Source: Chlorobiaceae bacterium | Lineage (GTDB): Bacteria; Bacteroidota; Ignavibacteria; UBA10030; SZUA-254 | Direction of reading: 5' to 3' | DNA length: 64,000 bases | Assembly: GCA_013824245.1 (NCBI GenBank) | Contig: PNNN01000049.1 | Span: 13,202 to 77,201, forward strand | Shown: piece after piece, positions 1 to 9,520 of the stretch | How positions within the stretch are numbered: the first letter of the stretch is position 1 | How the letters are laid out: each line of letters opens with the position of its first letter | The notes under the pieces: generated by a model | What the model was told of the DNA's origin: nothing | Seen by the model: only the letters and a program-made list of their open reading frames with translations | The model's database searches: none | Program-made: the position numbers and the translations under genes

Positions 1-768
1 CCGGAAGTAACCGGAGAAATCAAAGCAATGGCAGTGCTTGATCATCAAGTAAAACAAACTCCACCGATTCAGCTTGGCACTTCAGGCGGCTGGAGGTACG
101 ATCTTGCGAACGGTTATTGCTGTGGCGGAACACTTGGTTCATTGATACAAAAAAGCGGTGTTCAGTATGTTCTGAGTAATTACCACGTGTTAATGGCTGA
201 TATTGTAGCCGGTGGTAACAGTCGTATTGCAACAGCCGGTGATCCGGTTATTCAACCGGGACTTATTGATGTTGGTTGTGTTGCAACTTCGGCACAGGAT
301 GTTGCAACGTTGGTTGGAATTTGGAGCTTACCAAGTTCAAATGTTGACGCAGCAATTGCACAGGTTATACCCGGTATGGTGTTGACGAATGGTGCAATTT
401 TAGAGATCGGTACAATCAGCGCAACTACAGTGAATGCATTCATCGGTCAGCTTGTGAAGAAAAGCGGACGTACAACCGGTTTAACGCGCAGCAGCGTTTC
501 GGGACTGAACACAACCGTAAGCATCACTTATTCAAACGAGTGTGCCGGCGGAACTGCATTTACAAAAACATTCACAGGTCAGCTAACAATGAGGAACCGT
601 GCAAGTAAATTCCTTAATTCCGGCGATTCGGGATCGTTGGCGGTTGAAGATATCGTAACAAATCCACGTGCAGTTGGATTGTTGTTTGCAGGCGGAAGTC
701 AAACGGCTATTGCTAACCCAATCGGCGCAGTATTGACGTATTTCGGCGCGACCATGGTCGGTAACTAA
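1..768 (+). CDS. Secreted S1 (chymotrypsin-fold) serine protease, 5' end cut by the window edge; paralog of 1128..2249
   Basis: Frame 1 is open from nt 1 (PEVTGEIKAM...). It aligns almost residue for residue with the C-terminal 250 aa of the next gene. Triad contexts are SNYHV / NVDAA / GDSGS. Confidence 0.8.
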   Translation, partial: PEVTGEIKAMAVLDHQVKQTPPIQLGTSGGWRYDLANGYCCGGTLGSLIQKSGVQYVLSNYHVLMADIVAGGNSRIATAGDPVIQPGLIDVGCVATSAQDVATLVGIWSLPSSNVDAAIAQVIPGMVLTNGAILEIGTISATTVNAFIGQLVKKSGRTTGLTRSSVSGLNTTVSITYSNECAGGTAFTKTFTGQLTMRNRASKFLNSGDSGSLAVEDIVTNPRAVGLLFAGGSQTAIANPIGAVLTYFGATMVGN

Positions 769-791
769 TTTTATCCCACCTGATCCCACTA

Positions 792-830
792 ACACTCACT
801 CCAATTTCTACGGAGTGGGTGTTTTTTTTT
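792..830 (+). terminator. Rho-independent terminator after protease paralog A
   Basis: Stem ACACTCACTCC / GGAGTGGGTGT (one mismatch) followed by a T9 run. Confidence 0.7.
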
Positions 831-903
831 ATCCTTTTTCGGTCAAATTCCCTTTTATTATTGGCAATCGTCCGGTAATGTTGTGGAGTTAGGGTTTGAG
901 GAT

Positions 904-943
904 GAAAATATTTTTAAAGAAAATATGAGAAAAACGAAAATAT
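904..943 (+). promoter_or_regulatory. Three direct GAAAATAT repeats just upstream of a -35 box
   Basis: GAAAATAT at 904-911, 919-926 and 936-943; the last ends 3 nt before TTGACA at 947. Confidence 0.3.
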
Positions 944-946
944 CTC

Positions 947-975
947 TTGACAAATGGGAAATTATTTTGTATTCT
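947..975 (+). promoter_or_regulatory. sigma70-like promoter (TTGACA-N17-TATTCT) for protease paralog B
   Basis: TTGACA at 947-952, a 17-nt spacer, TATTCT at 970-975. Same architecture as four other sites in the window. Confidence 0.4.
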
Positions 976-1127
976 TTTGATTAAACATCTCACATGTTTG
1001 GGACGTTCAGATGAATGTTCCTCGTGCCCGCGTGGGGTGAATGATGTCAGAATTACGTGCAACAAATTTCTGTTTAAACATATTTCACCTAATTAACTAT
1101 ATCTAACAACTAAACATGGAGGTTTAT

Positions 1128-2249
1128 ATGAATAAACCTTATTCAACATTAGTCGTTCTCCTTATCATTGCAGCATCCACAATCATTTACTTTGTCGGAT
1201 GCGATTCGAATAAAACAAATGTAAACGATGTTTCATCTCAGGTCGCATCGTTCACAAAATTATCTGTCGATGATCCCGCTGTGCAACAAGTAATGGCAGT
1301 CCAAAACAAGCACACTGAGAATTTGATGACAGACAAAAATATTGTTGGAACCGCAACCGGTTTAACCGAAGATGGTCGACTCGCGGTTTTAGTTTTTCTG
1401 AAAGAAGGCGCTTCGAATCCGAAGGGAATAAAAAGTATCTCTTCAATCCCGAAGAATCTCGATGGCGTTCCCGTTATTGTCGAAGTAACCGGTGAGTTCA
1501 AAGCAATGGCAGTGCTCGATCATCAAGTAAAACAAACTCCACCTATCCAGCTTGGAACATCAGGCGGATGGCGGTATGATCTTGCGAATGGATATTGTTG
1601 CGGCGGAACAATCGGTTCGTTGATTCAGAAAAACGGTGTTCAGTATGTTCTTAGTAACTACCACGTATTCTGGGCTGACATAGTATCGGGTGGTAACAGC
1701 AGAATTGCCGTAGCAGGCGATCCGGTTATTCAACCCGGTTTAATTGATGTTGCCTGTAATGCTGCTAACGCTCAAAATGTTGCAACACTCTCCGGTTCAG
1801 GCAGTTTGCCGAGCGCCAACGTTGATGCCGGTTATGCGCAGGTAATTACCGGTATGGTTCGTACCGATGGAGCTATCTTAGAAATCGGAACAATTTCTGC
1901 CACAACAATTGCTGCAACCGTTGGTCAGGCAGTGAAGAAAAGCGGTCGTACCTCAGGATTAACTCGAAGTTCAGTAAGTGGTCTTAATGCTACTGTAAGC
2001 ATCGCATATGATAATGAATGTGCAGGCGGAGCCGCATTCACGAAAACTTTCACCGGACAAATTGTTATTAAGAATAGGGCAAGCAAGTTCTTAAAAAGTG
2101 GCGATTCCGGTTCTTTGATGGTTCAAGATGTTATTACCAATCCCAAAGCTATCGGTTTATTGTATGCCGGTAGTTCAACAACAGCAATTGCTAATCCAAT
2201 CGCTTCAGTTTTAAGTTGGGCTGGTAACGCAACTATGGTTGGTTTATAA
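1128..2249 (+). CDS. Secreted S1 serine protease lipoprotein with N-terminal pro-region
   Basis: GGAGG at 1118-1122 lies 5 nt before the ATG at 1128, so 1128 is preferred over the ORF-track ATG at 1116. Lipobox FVGC, pro-region, then catalytic domain with SNYHV / NVDAG / GDSGS. Confidence 0.85.
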   Translation: MNKPYSTLVVLLIIAASTIIYFVGCDSNKTNVNDVSSQVASFTKLSVDDPAVQQVMAVQNKHTENLMTDKNIVGTATGLTEDGRLAVLVFLKEGASNPKGIKSISSIPKNLDGVPVIVEVTGEFKAMAVLDHQVKQTPPIQLGTSGGWRYDLANGYCCGGTIGSLIQKNGVQYVLSNYHVFWADIVSGGNSRIAVAGDPVIQPGLIDVACNAANAQNVATLSGSGSLPSANVDAGYAQVITGMVRTDGAILEIGTISATTIAATVGQAVKKSGRTSGLTRSSVSGLNATVSIAYDNECAGGAAFTKTFTGQIVIKNRASKFLKSGDSGSLMVQDVITNPKAIGLLYAGSSTTAIANPIASVLSWAGNATMVGL

Positions 2250-2274
2250 CTAAAAATTTATTCGATCGATATTA

Positions 2275-2310
2275 CACCCGCTCATCTGAATAACGAGGGC
2301 GGGTGTTTTA
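2275..2310 (+). terminator. Rho-independent terminator after protease paralog B
   Basis: CACCCGCTC ... GAGGGCGGGTG stem followed by TTTT. Confidence 0.6.
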
Positions 2311-2328
2311 TTTATTACATTAACTTTT

Positions 2329-2664
2329 ATGATCAAATTACATCAACACCATTGGCAATTCACTTTGCTGATAATCTCATTGGTAATCTTATCGTCGATG
2401 AATTGCAATGGGACGAAAGAAACAACGATTGATAATCAAATGAAAATAAACTCCGATATTAATCTCGTCCATGAAAAGTATGTTGATAGTCTGATGAAGA
2501 TTCCGGGAGTTGTGGGTGTTTACGTTGGCGAGACCGAGCAAAAACAACAATGTATTACCGTAATGGTAAAAGAAGAAACTGAAGTTATTAAGAAAGAAAT
2601 ACCAAAAGAACTTGATGGTTATCCCGTTATTATCGAGGTTACGGGTGAAATTAAGCCGATGTAG
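2329..2664 (+). CDS. Stand-alone protease pro-region homolog (no catalytic domain)
   Basis: Signal anchor plus a segment homologous to the pro-region of 1128..2249 (LDGYPVIIEVTGEIKPM vs LDGVPVIVEVTGEFKAM). The stop codon falls where the catalytic domain starts in the paralogs. Confidence 0.65.
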   Translation: MIKLHQHHWQFTLLIISLVILSSMNCNGTKETTIDNQMKINSDINLVHEKYVDSLMKIPGVVGVYVGETEQKQQCITVMVKEETEVIKKEIPKELDGYPVIIEVTGEIKPM

Positions 2665-2686
2665 ATTAAGAGAAGGAATAATGTCA

Positions 2687-3712
2687 TCATGGCAAATAAT
2701 CTTTTGGTACTTTCCAGCTTGCCTGCTTTAATCGATCGATGATCAATGGGGAGAGTGGTTTTTCATCTGTCAGAATAACACTGTTTTTATCCTCAGCAAT
2801 AAACCGATTATCCCACGCGTGAACTTTTTGGTATTCAGGACCATAGCGCCAAAAAGGACTAAAGGTGTCATTCCGCTCAAGATCTCGAATTAAATCGTTG
2901 TGTTGAGCATTTGACGCCATTATCACTATACTACCAAATAAACTTGGTGGTTCAACGATCGGATAAACAAAGACTTCTTTAAAATTTTGTTTTAGCGTAG
3001 CAGAAACCGAAGAAACTAAATCGTCGTACCAACCTTGAGATTCAAAAGCTATTGCAAGGATCCCGTCGGTTGTAAGTTTACTTGAGGCAAGCGTGAAAAA
3101 ATCTTTTGTCATCGATTCGACATGATACTCTGCCGAACAAATACCATCGATCAGGATTATTCTGTATGGTTCAACAGAATCGTTTAGATATTCGCGCCCA
3201 TTTTGATGATAAACCGGTATTATACTTGGATTAAAACCAAAATAATTCTGAGCCAAATTCACAAGAGCAGTATCTGTTTCAAATATATCAACGCTCCAAC
3301 CTTTTAAATTATATTCACGAGCTAAAGAACCGACCCCTAAACCGCATAACAACATTCTTCCCGGATTGATGAACATATGCATCGGAAGTTCCATCACGGC
3401 AGTATAACGTGCATAAGACTTCATATCCGATAGATCGATAAACTGTTTTGCCTGTCCGTTTATGAGTAAATATCTTCTATCTTCTTTATCAATCACTTGA
3501 AATCGATCGCTTGCATCTGTTCCAATTTTAATATTGAGCGAAGAATTAAAAAGTGAGATGAAGGCAAACAAGGTGATCCCGACAATCACAATAAAGCCGG
3601 TGTAAGATAAATACTTTGAAGCCGAAGTTTGTTCGGAGTTATTTTGTGCGGTGTTTTGATTATCCATTTGATGCCTTTTGTCGAATGATAGCGGTCGATA
3701 TTGTTGCAACAA
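2687..3712 (-). CDS. Membrane-anchored spermidine-synthase-like SAM-dependent transferase
   Basis: N-terminal TM helix, GLGVGS nucleotide-binding loop and an ILIDG motif typical of the spermine/spermidine synthase fold. The start could also be the internal Met (MDNQN). Confidence 0.5.
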   Translation of the reverse strand: MLQQYRPLSFDKRHQMDNQNTAQNNSEQTSASKYLSYTGFIVIVGITLFAFISLFNSSLNIKIGTDASDRFQVIDKEDRRYLLINGQAKQFIDLSDMKSYARYTAVMELPMHMFINPGRMLLCGLGVGSLAREYNLKGWSVDIFETDTALVNLAQNYFGFNPSIIPVYHQNGREYLNDSVEPYRIILIDGICSAEYHVESMTKDFFTLASSKLTTDGILAIAFESQGWYDDLVSSVSATLKQNFKEVFVYPIVEPPSLFGSIVIMASNAQHNDLIRDLERNDTFSPFWRYGPEYQKVHAWDNRFIAEDKNSVILTDEKPLSPLIIDRLKQASWKVPKDYLP

Positions 3713-3780
3713 TATAAGAAAAATCTCCGAAATGAGCGAGTGAATTAATTAATTCTTATCAAAATTATAAAAGAATCATC

Positions 3781-3809
3781 TTGAATCTCCAATTATCATT
3801 TTGTATATT
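3781..3809 (+). promoter_or_regulatory. sigma70-like promoter (TTGAAT-N17-TATATT) upstream of fumarase
   Basis: TTGAAT at 3781-3786, a 17-nt spacer, TATATT at 3804-3809. Confidence 0.4.
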
Positions 3810-3881
3810 CATTCATGTTAATACAACTGCCCAAATTAAGCATATCCTAATAAAAGTTTAATTATCCTGAAGGAGAATCCC

Positions 3882-5408
3882 ATGATACAATTCAAAGATA
3901 GTATGTTAAGGTTGATTACAGAAACATCATCAGATTTACCGCCCGATGTGCGGAGAGCGATTGAACGAATGATGAAAATCGAAACGCCCAAAACTCAATC
4001 ATCACTCGCTCTTGAAACTGTTGCAATCAATATCGATATGGCGAAGGAAGGGATTGCTCCTATCTGTCAGGATACCGGTATGCCTACATTTGAGATCCGA
4101 ACACCCGCCGGTATCAACCAGATCATCATGGAAAAACAAATCGAAGAAGCGGTTGCAGAGGCAACGAAGCAAGGAAAACTCCGCCCAAATTCTGTTGATT
4201 CTCTTACCGGAAAAAACAGCGGAAACAATCTAGGTCCGGGGACGCCGGTTATTCATTTTCATCAGTGGCAAAACGATGATGAGATAGAAGTTAAGCTTTT
4301 ACTTAAAGGCGGTGGATGCGAAAATAAAAATATTCAATACTCACTGCCTATAGAACTACCGAATTTAGGTAGAGCCGATAGGAGTATCGACGGAATAAGG
4401 AAATGTATTATGCACGCCGTTTGGCAAGCTCAAGGACATGGTTGCAGTGTTGGTGCTATCGGTGTGGGAATTGGCGGTGAAAGAACAACCGGATATGCAC
4501 TTGCAAAACAACAGCTATTTCGTTTACTCGATGATGTAAATCCCAATCCTGAACTGGCGAAGCTTGAAGATTACATCATGGAGAACGCCAATAAACTTGG
4601 TGTTGGCATGATGGGGTTTGGCGGAAAAGCTACATTGATCGGTTGCAAAATTGGAGTGTATAACAGATTACCGGCAAGCTTTTTTGTGTCGGTTGCTTAT
4701 GATTGTTGGGCATTTCGACGGCTTGGTGTTGTTGTAGATTCCAAAACCGGTTCAATTAAACGATGGTTGTATAAAGACGATAAACCATCGCCGCGTATGA
4801 CTAACGAAACGCAACTGCCACTCACAGGTACTGAAATATCATTGACTACTCCATTGTCGGAAGAACAAATAAGAAAATTAAAAGTTGGAGATATAGTTCT
4901 TTTAAATGGTACAATACATACCGGACGCGATGCATTGCATCATTATTTGATGACGCACGATTCTCCTGTTGATTTACGTGGCGGAGCTATTTATCACTGC
5001 GGTCCGGTTGCGTTGAAGAAAAACGATAAATGGTTTATGAATGCGGCAGGTCCTACCACAAGCGGGCGTGAAGAACCGTATCAGGCAGATGTTATTAAAA
5101 AATTTGGAGTGCGTTTGGTTATTGGAAAGGGTGGTATGGGTGCAAAAACACTTGCCGCGCTTAAAGAACATGGTGCAGTTTATTTAAACGCAATCGGTGG
5201 TGCGGCTCAGTATTATACAAAATGTATTACCGAAGTAACCGGGGTAGATTTCCTTGAGTTCGGCATACCCGAAGCCATGTGGCATATTACTGTTAAAGAT
5301 TTCCCCGCAATCGTTACAATGGATTCTCACGGTAATAGTTTGCATGCAGATGTGGAGAAAGCAACTGCTTCAGAACTTGCCAAGTATGCGGATGTAGTAA
5401 AATTCTGA
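3882..5408 (+). CDS. Class I (Fe-S) fumarate hydratase, fused alpha/beta type
   Basis: CQDTGMP motif, N-terminal TtdA-like and C-terminal TtdB-like halves in one 508-aa ORF; AAGGAG SD. Confidence 0.85.
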   Translation: MIQFKDSMLRLITETSSDLPPDVRRAIERMMKIETPKTQSSLALETVAINIDMAKEGIAPICQDTGMPTFEIRTPAGINQIIMEKQIEEAVAEATKQGKLRPNSVDSLTGKNSGNNLGPGTPVIHFHQWQNDDEIEVKLLLKGGGCENKNIQYSLPIELPNLGRADRSIDGIRKCIMHAVWQAQGHGCSVGAIGVGIGGERTTGYALAKQQLFRLLDDVNPNPELAKLEDYIMENANKLGVGMMGFGGKATLIGCKIGVYNRLPASFFVSVAYDCWAFRRLGVVVDSKTGSIKRWLYKDDKPSPRMTNETQLPLTGTEISLTTPLSEEQIRKLKVGDIVLLNGTIHTGRDALHHYLMTHDSPVDLRGGAIYHCGPVALKKNDKWFMNAAGPTTSGREEPYQADVIKKFGVRLVIGKGGMGAKTLAALKEHGAVYLNAIGGAAQYYTKCITEVTGVDFLEFGIPEAMWHITVKDFPAIVTMDSHGNSLHADVEKATASELAKYADVVKF

Positions 5409-5599
5409 TTATGATAATATAAATTATTAATAAAGAATTTTTTAAAATGTGCGATACGAACTTCATTTGATGTTTAAAAAAGACGCAATGTCTATCAAAT
5501 AATAGGAAAGCAATGTTGCGACCTTTGTGCCTTTGCGAGATATATTTTTTTGATGTATCTAATATTTGGATTATTCTCTAATTAATTTCTGAAGGGAAA

Positions 5600-5842
5600 A
5601 TGATGCCGGGTTTGATCATGATAAAAAATTTTCCAAACCGTATGTTTGCCGAAATGGCTCAGCAAACATTAGAAATTGAGGGTATTCATTCCATTATTAA
5701 AGCACCCGATTACGGATTCCCAGGTGCCGCAGCCGGCGGTGGGGTAGACTTATTCAGCGGTCAAGGAGTTGATCTTTATACTTCAGAAGAGGATGCCAAG
5801 AAGGCAGAAGAACTCGTAAGAGAACAATATGATGGAATTTAG
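5600..5842 (+). CDS. Small DUF2007-like (putative signal-transducing) protein
   Basis: 80-aa ORF with an SD-like GAAGGG. The family assignment is by resemblance only. Confidence 0.45.
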   Translation: MMPGLIMIKNFPNRMFAEMAQQTLEIEGIHSIIKAPDYGFPGAAAGGGVDLFSGQGVDLYTSEEDAKKAEELVREQYDGI

Positions 5843-5886
5843 TGTATTATCTGTGCATCCCAGTAGTGAGTTAGTGAAAATCAGTT

Positions 5887-7974
5887 ATGCTTTACAAAAA
5901 TCCAATTAAAGAATTGAAGCGTTATTTTAATATTCTGTTGGTTGGGTCAGTATGTTTTCTTTTGCTGAATTATTTTGATTTACTTAGTCTGCTAAATTTA
6001 TCATTCCTAAAAAACCGTGTTTATATATTCACGGTTCTCGTTTTTTCATACACAATCTGGGGTCGGGTATGTATTTTGAAGCTAAATAAAACGTGGCTCG
6101 ATTTTACAGTCCCACTTTTTTACACGATTCTCTTTTTTCTTTTCTTTCCAACCACTCAAATCTTTGATGATTCAGCCATCATCTTAAAATACATGGATAA
6201 TTTTGCGCGCGGATATTTCTATTCATACAATCCACAAGACGGACCGGTTTATGGTATCTCAAGTTTCATACACGGAGTTTTATCTGGGTTTTTTGCGTTC
6301 ACGCATTTGTTTTCGCCGCTGAATAGTATGCTTGCGAGCAATTTTATTGGACTCTTTATTGTTGGCTTTGTTTCTTTAAAGATTCTGCAGTATTACATCC
6401 ATGAAAACAGTTTTCTCTTTCCTGCCTGGATTCTGCTTATGCTTTCATCAGAATTTTTATTGATGAATTCCAAACAAGGACTGGAATCTCCAATACATCT
6501 CGCGATTGTCCTAACATGTTTCTTGAGTTATCTGTTTGAAAAAGAAAAAATGATGTGGCTGTTCTCTGTTTTGGCTGTGATATCAAAAACGGATGCGCTT
6601 CCGATCGTTTTTGCCTTATCGATGCTATATATTTTTAAAAACCGCGGATTATTAAACTCTCATTTATGGCGCACAACTGCGTTAAAAAGATTTCTTTTAT
6701 ATTTTATTTTGCCGTTGTTGGTTTGGATTGTGTTTAGTATCGCTGTCTTTGGCAGTCCGGTGCCGCAATCTGCGTACGCTAAATATTATTATCATAAAAG
6801 TTCGTCGTCTCATTGGTTCCCTTACCTCGAATCGTTATTTGCCGGGAAGAACATCTTAATCTTAATAGCATTAATGTTAAGCATTTTGATTTTCATTTCA
6901 TTCCTGGTATATAAAATTGTTAAGAAAAAATATCATGATATTGCATCAACATTCATTTATGGAATTTCTGCTTTTGCGTATATCATGCTTTATTATTTTT
7001 ATAACCCCGAAGAACGGATGGGGTGGTATTATGTTGTTCCAAGTTTCTTAATATCATTGCAAATGATAGTACTCGTATACGAGATTGGGAAAAACAAATT
7101 TGACGGTTATCCGATATTGACGGGAATAATATCTTTCCTCGTTTTATCTTTCGTGTATTTGCCTCACACTGAAGCGATGGTTGAAAGAGTAAATCGCACT
7201 TTATCCATCGTTGAAAGTGAGCGCATCGCAATTGGGTATTGGATAAAGGAGCGAAGTAATCCGGCTGATACACTTTTAACGGGCTTCGGACATATAGCGA
7301 GAAACTCAAATTTATACACTATCGATTATACCGGATTGAATTCTAAACTTGCCACCGATCTTCATTTAAATTTATCAAAAATAGTTCGCCTAACAGCACC
7401 ACGTTGGATAGCTGCAGATACCTTGCTGGATTGTAAAAACGGAGTTCATGCACAGTATGAACTTAAGAAATCTTTTTTTAATCTTGCTATGATGGGAAAA
7501 CAAACATGGAGAGTGTATGAAAGAACAACACCTAAAATATCTCAATATGAAATAGTGATCGACTCGAATATGCTGACCGGCAGCGGCAAGGTTGTGCGTC
7601 AGAAAGGTGGATTGAAATTCTCGGGGGATTCGTTGGTGCTCTCTGTTATCCCGGTACATACCCATGTATTACAATTTGTAGTGGGAATTATCAGGAAGGA
7701 AATGAATATCAATGTTAATCTTCAATTCACAGGGAAAGATAACGGTAAAATTATCGAGGAAAATATATTGCTTGAGAAGAGACGGGCAAACTCTTTTGTA
7801 GAAGGTTACACAAAGGAGTGTGTTGTTCGGGTAGATAAATTGTTTGAGGTAGGAAGAATCACTATCACTGCAATTGAAAATGGTGATCGCCCGGTATCCA
7901 TCGATCTTTTAGACCCTATATTAATAACACGAACTGATTTACGATCCATAATGAAAATTTGTAATTATCGATAA
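5887..7974 (+). CDS. Polytopic membrane protein, GT-C-like, with a C-terminal soluble domain
   Basis: 695 aa: many hydrophobic helices in the first ~430 aa, then a soluble tail. The function is not established. Confidence 0.6.
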   Translation: MLYKNPIKELKRYFNILLVGSVCFLLLNYFDLLSLLNLSFLKNRVYIFTVLVFSYTIWGRVCILKLNKTWLDFTVPLFYTILFFLFFPTTQIFDDSAIILKYMDNFARGYFYSYNPQDGPVYGISSFIHGVLSGFFAFTHLFSPLNSMLASNFIGLFIVGFVSLKILQYYIHENSFLFPAWILLMLSSEFLLMNSKQGLESPIHLAIVLTCFLSYLFEKEKMMWLFSVLAVISKTDALPIVFALSMLYIFKNRGLLNSHLWRTTALKRFLLYFILPLLVWIVFSIAVFGSPVPQSAYAKYYYHKSSSSHWFPYLESLFAGKNILILIALMLSILIFISFLVYKIVKKKYHDIASTFIYGISAFAYIMLYYFYNPEERMGWYYVVPSFLISLQMIVLVYEIGKNKFDGYPILTGIISFLVLSFVYLPHTEAMVERVNRTLSIVESERIAIGYWIKERSNPADTLLTGFGHIARNSNLYTIDYTGLNSKLATDLHLNLSKIVRLTAPRWIAADTLLDCKNGVHAQYELKKSFFNLAMMGKQTWRVYERTTPKISQYEIVIDSNMLTGSGKVVRQKGGLKFSGDSLVLSVIPVHTHVLQFVVGIIRKEMNINVNLQFTGKDNGKIIEENILLEKRRANSFVEGYTKECVVRVDKLFEVGRITITAIENGDRPVSIDLLDPILITRTDLRSIMKICNYR

Positions 7975-8020
7975 TGTTATCTAAAATTCCACATAGACAA
8001 AATAAAAATGGATTTCTAAA

Positions 8021-9169
8021 ATGCCTTGCTATAAATTATTATTGTTCGCTTTTATTGGATGCAGCATGTTAAACATCAACAGTTGTATTAGCGAAAATGT
8101 TTCGGTAACGATCATAGTTCAAACACCTCCATCAACACCAGCCGATGCCCTGATATATATCTCCGGCAATCACAAACTTGTTGGCGATTGGAATCCGGGA
8201 CAAATAAAATTGGAAAAACAATCTGATAATTCATGGACTATCATTCTCAAATTGCACAAGGAATTATTTTTTGAGTTCAAGATAACACGCGGATCGTGGT
8301 CAACACAGGCGATTTATAATGAAGGAGAAATACCCCCTAATAATTCGTTATTCGTAAAATCTGATACCACGTTGACTCTGGAACCGCTATCGTGGCAAGA
8401 TATTAATTTCAAATTATCAGGAAGGATCGAAGGTGTTGTAAAATATCATAAAGATTTAATCGGTGAGGGATTGAACCATCCGCGCGACTTAATTGTCTGG
8501 TTGCCCCCATCGTATGAAACCGATATGCTTAAACGGTACCCGGTTCTTTATATGCACGATGGGCAAAATGTTTTCGATCCTGCAACATCGTTCATCGGAT
8601 ACGATTGGCATGTTGATGAAGTTGCCGATAGTCTGATAAGAGTAGAAAAGATTCAAGAAATGATTGTAGTGGGAGTTTACAACACTCCGGATAGGGGTGA
8701 TGAATACAGCGATACAAAATTGGGTCGTGCCTATATGAAATTTCTTGTCGAGAAAGTAAAACCGTTGATTGACACTACATATCGAACACTGCCCGATCGT
8801 GCTAACACTTCGACGATGGGTTCTTCTATGGGTGGATTGATTTCTTTTTTGTTGGTATGGAACTATAGCGACATATTTTCACAAGCAGGATGTATTTCGC
8901 CAGTGTTTCGGGATATTTTAACGAAAGCTTTAGAAAATTACAAAGGTCCTGATAAACAAATTCGAATTTATATCGACAATGGTGGTGTTGGTTTAGATAA
9001 AGAACTTCAACCCGGTTGCGACAAGATGTTAATCTCGTTGAAGGCGATTGGTTATTCAATCGGTAAGAATCTCGAATGGTACTTAGATGAGAGCGCTGAA
9101 CATAACGAGCATGCATGGGCTGCCAGGGTATGGCGTCCGTTGTTATTTATGTACGAAAAGAACAAATAA
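8021..9169 (+). CDS. Secreted alpha/beta-hydrolase esterase with an N-terminal carbohydrate-binding-like domain
   Basis: GSSMGG nucleophile elbow, a YMHDGQNVFD motif of the 'putative esterase' family, and an N-terminal GDWNP beta-sandwich-like segment. Confidence 0.65.
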   Translation: MPCYKLLLFAFIGCSMLNINSCISENVSVTIIVQTPPSTPADALIYISGNHKLVGDWNPGQIKLEKQSDNSWTIILKLHKELFFEFKITRGSWSTQAIYNEGEIPPNNSLFVKSDTTLTLEPLSWQDINFKLSGRIEGVVKYHKDLIGEGLNHPRDLIVWLPPSYETDMLKRYPVLYMHDGQNVFDPATSFIGYDWHVDEVADSLIRVEKIQEMIVVGVYNTPDRGDEYSDTKLGRAYMKFLVEKVKPLIDTTYRTLPDRANTSTMGSSMGGLISFLLVWNYSDIFSQAGCISPVFRDILTKALENYKGPDKQIRIYIDNGGVGLDKELQPGCDKMLISLKAIGYSIGKNLEWYLDESAEHNEHAWAARVWRPLLFMYEKNK

Positions 9170-9510
9170 TGTTTAGAATAACGCCGCAAACAACCGGTAA
9201 AGAAAAAAACCGTTATCAGATAATTCTGGATAATGTAAGACAAATTCCGAAGGGTAAAGTAGCAACCTACGGAGATATTACCCGTTTATGTGGATTTATT
9301 AATTGTGCAAGAATAGTTGGTTATGCTTTGCGATCACTTCCGGAAGATTCCGATATACCTTGGCATCGTGTTGTGAACTCTCAGGGCAGAATATCATTCC
9401 CGCTTAATTCATCAAGTCATCGGATGCAAAGAATATTATTAGAAGACGAAGGAATAGTTTTCAGGAAAAACAAAATAGATTTAAATAAATACGATTGGTT
9501 GAAATATTAA
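9169..9510 (+). CDS. Alkyltransferase-like (ATL) DNA-binding protein of the MGMT family
   Basis: PWHRVV replaces the PCHRV active site (Cys to Trp), the hallmark of ATL proteins. The ATG at 9169 overlaps the upstream TAA. The ORF-track start at 9115 overlaps the esterase. Confidence 0.7.
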   Translation: MFRITPQTTGKEKNRYQIILDNVRQIPKGKVATYGDITRLCGFINCARIVGYALRSLPEDSDIPWHRVVNSQGRISFPLNSSSHRMQRILLEDEGIVFRKNKIDLNKYDWLKY

Positions 9511-9520
9511 TAAGAATAAG

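Noticed and set aside
4012-4233. Short ORFs nested in or antisense to long conserved genes (for example 4012..4233, 4974..5171, 13053..13346, 16382..16672, 21326..22244, 24022..24787, 26460..27380, 38214..38537, 39945..40323, 44461..45663)
   Set aside because: Each lies inside a longer ORF with clear family motifs. Their composition is typical of off-frame translation, and none has its own SD or promoter.
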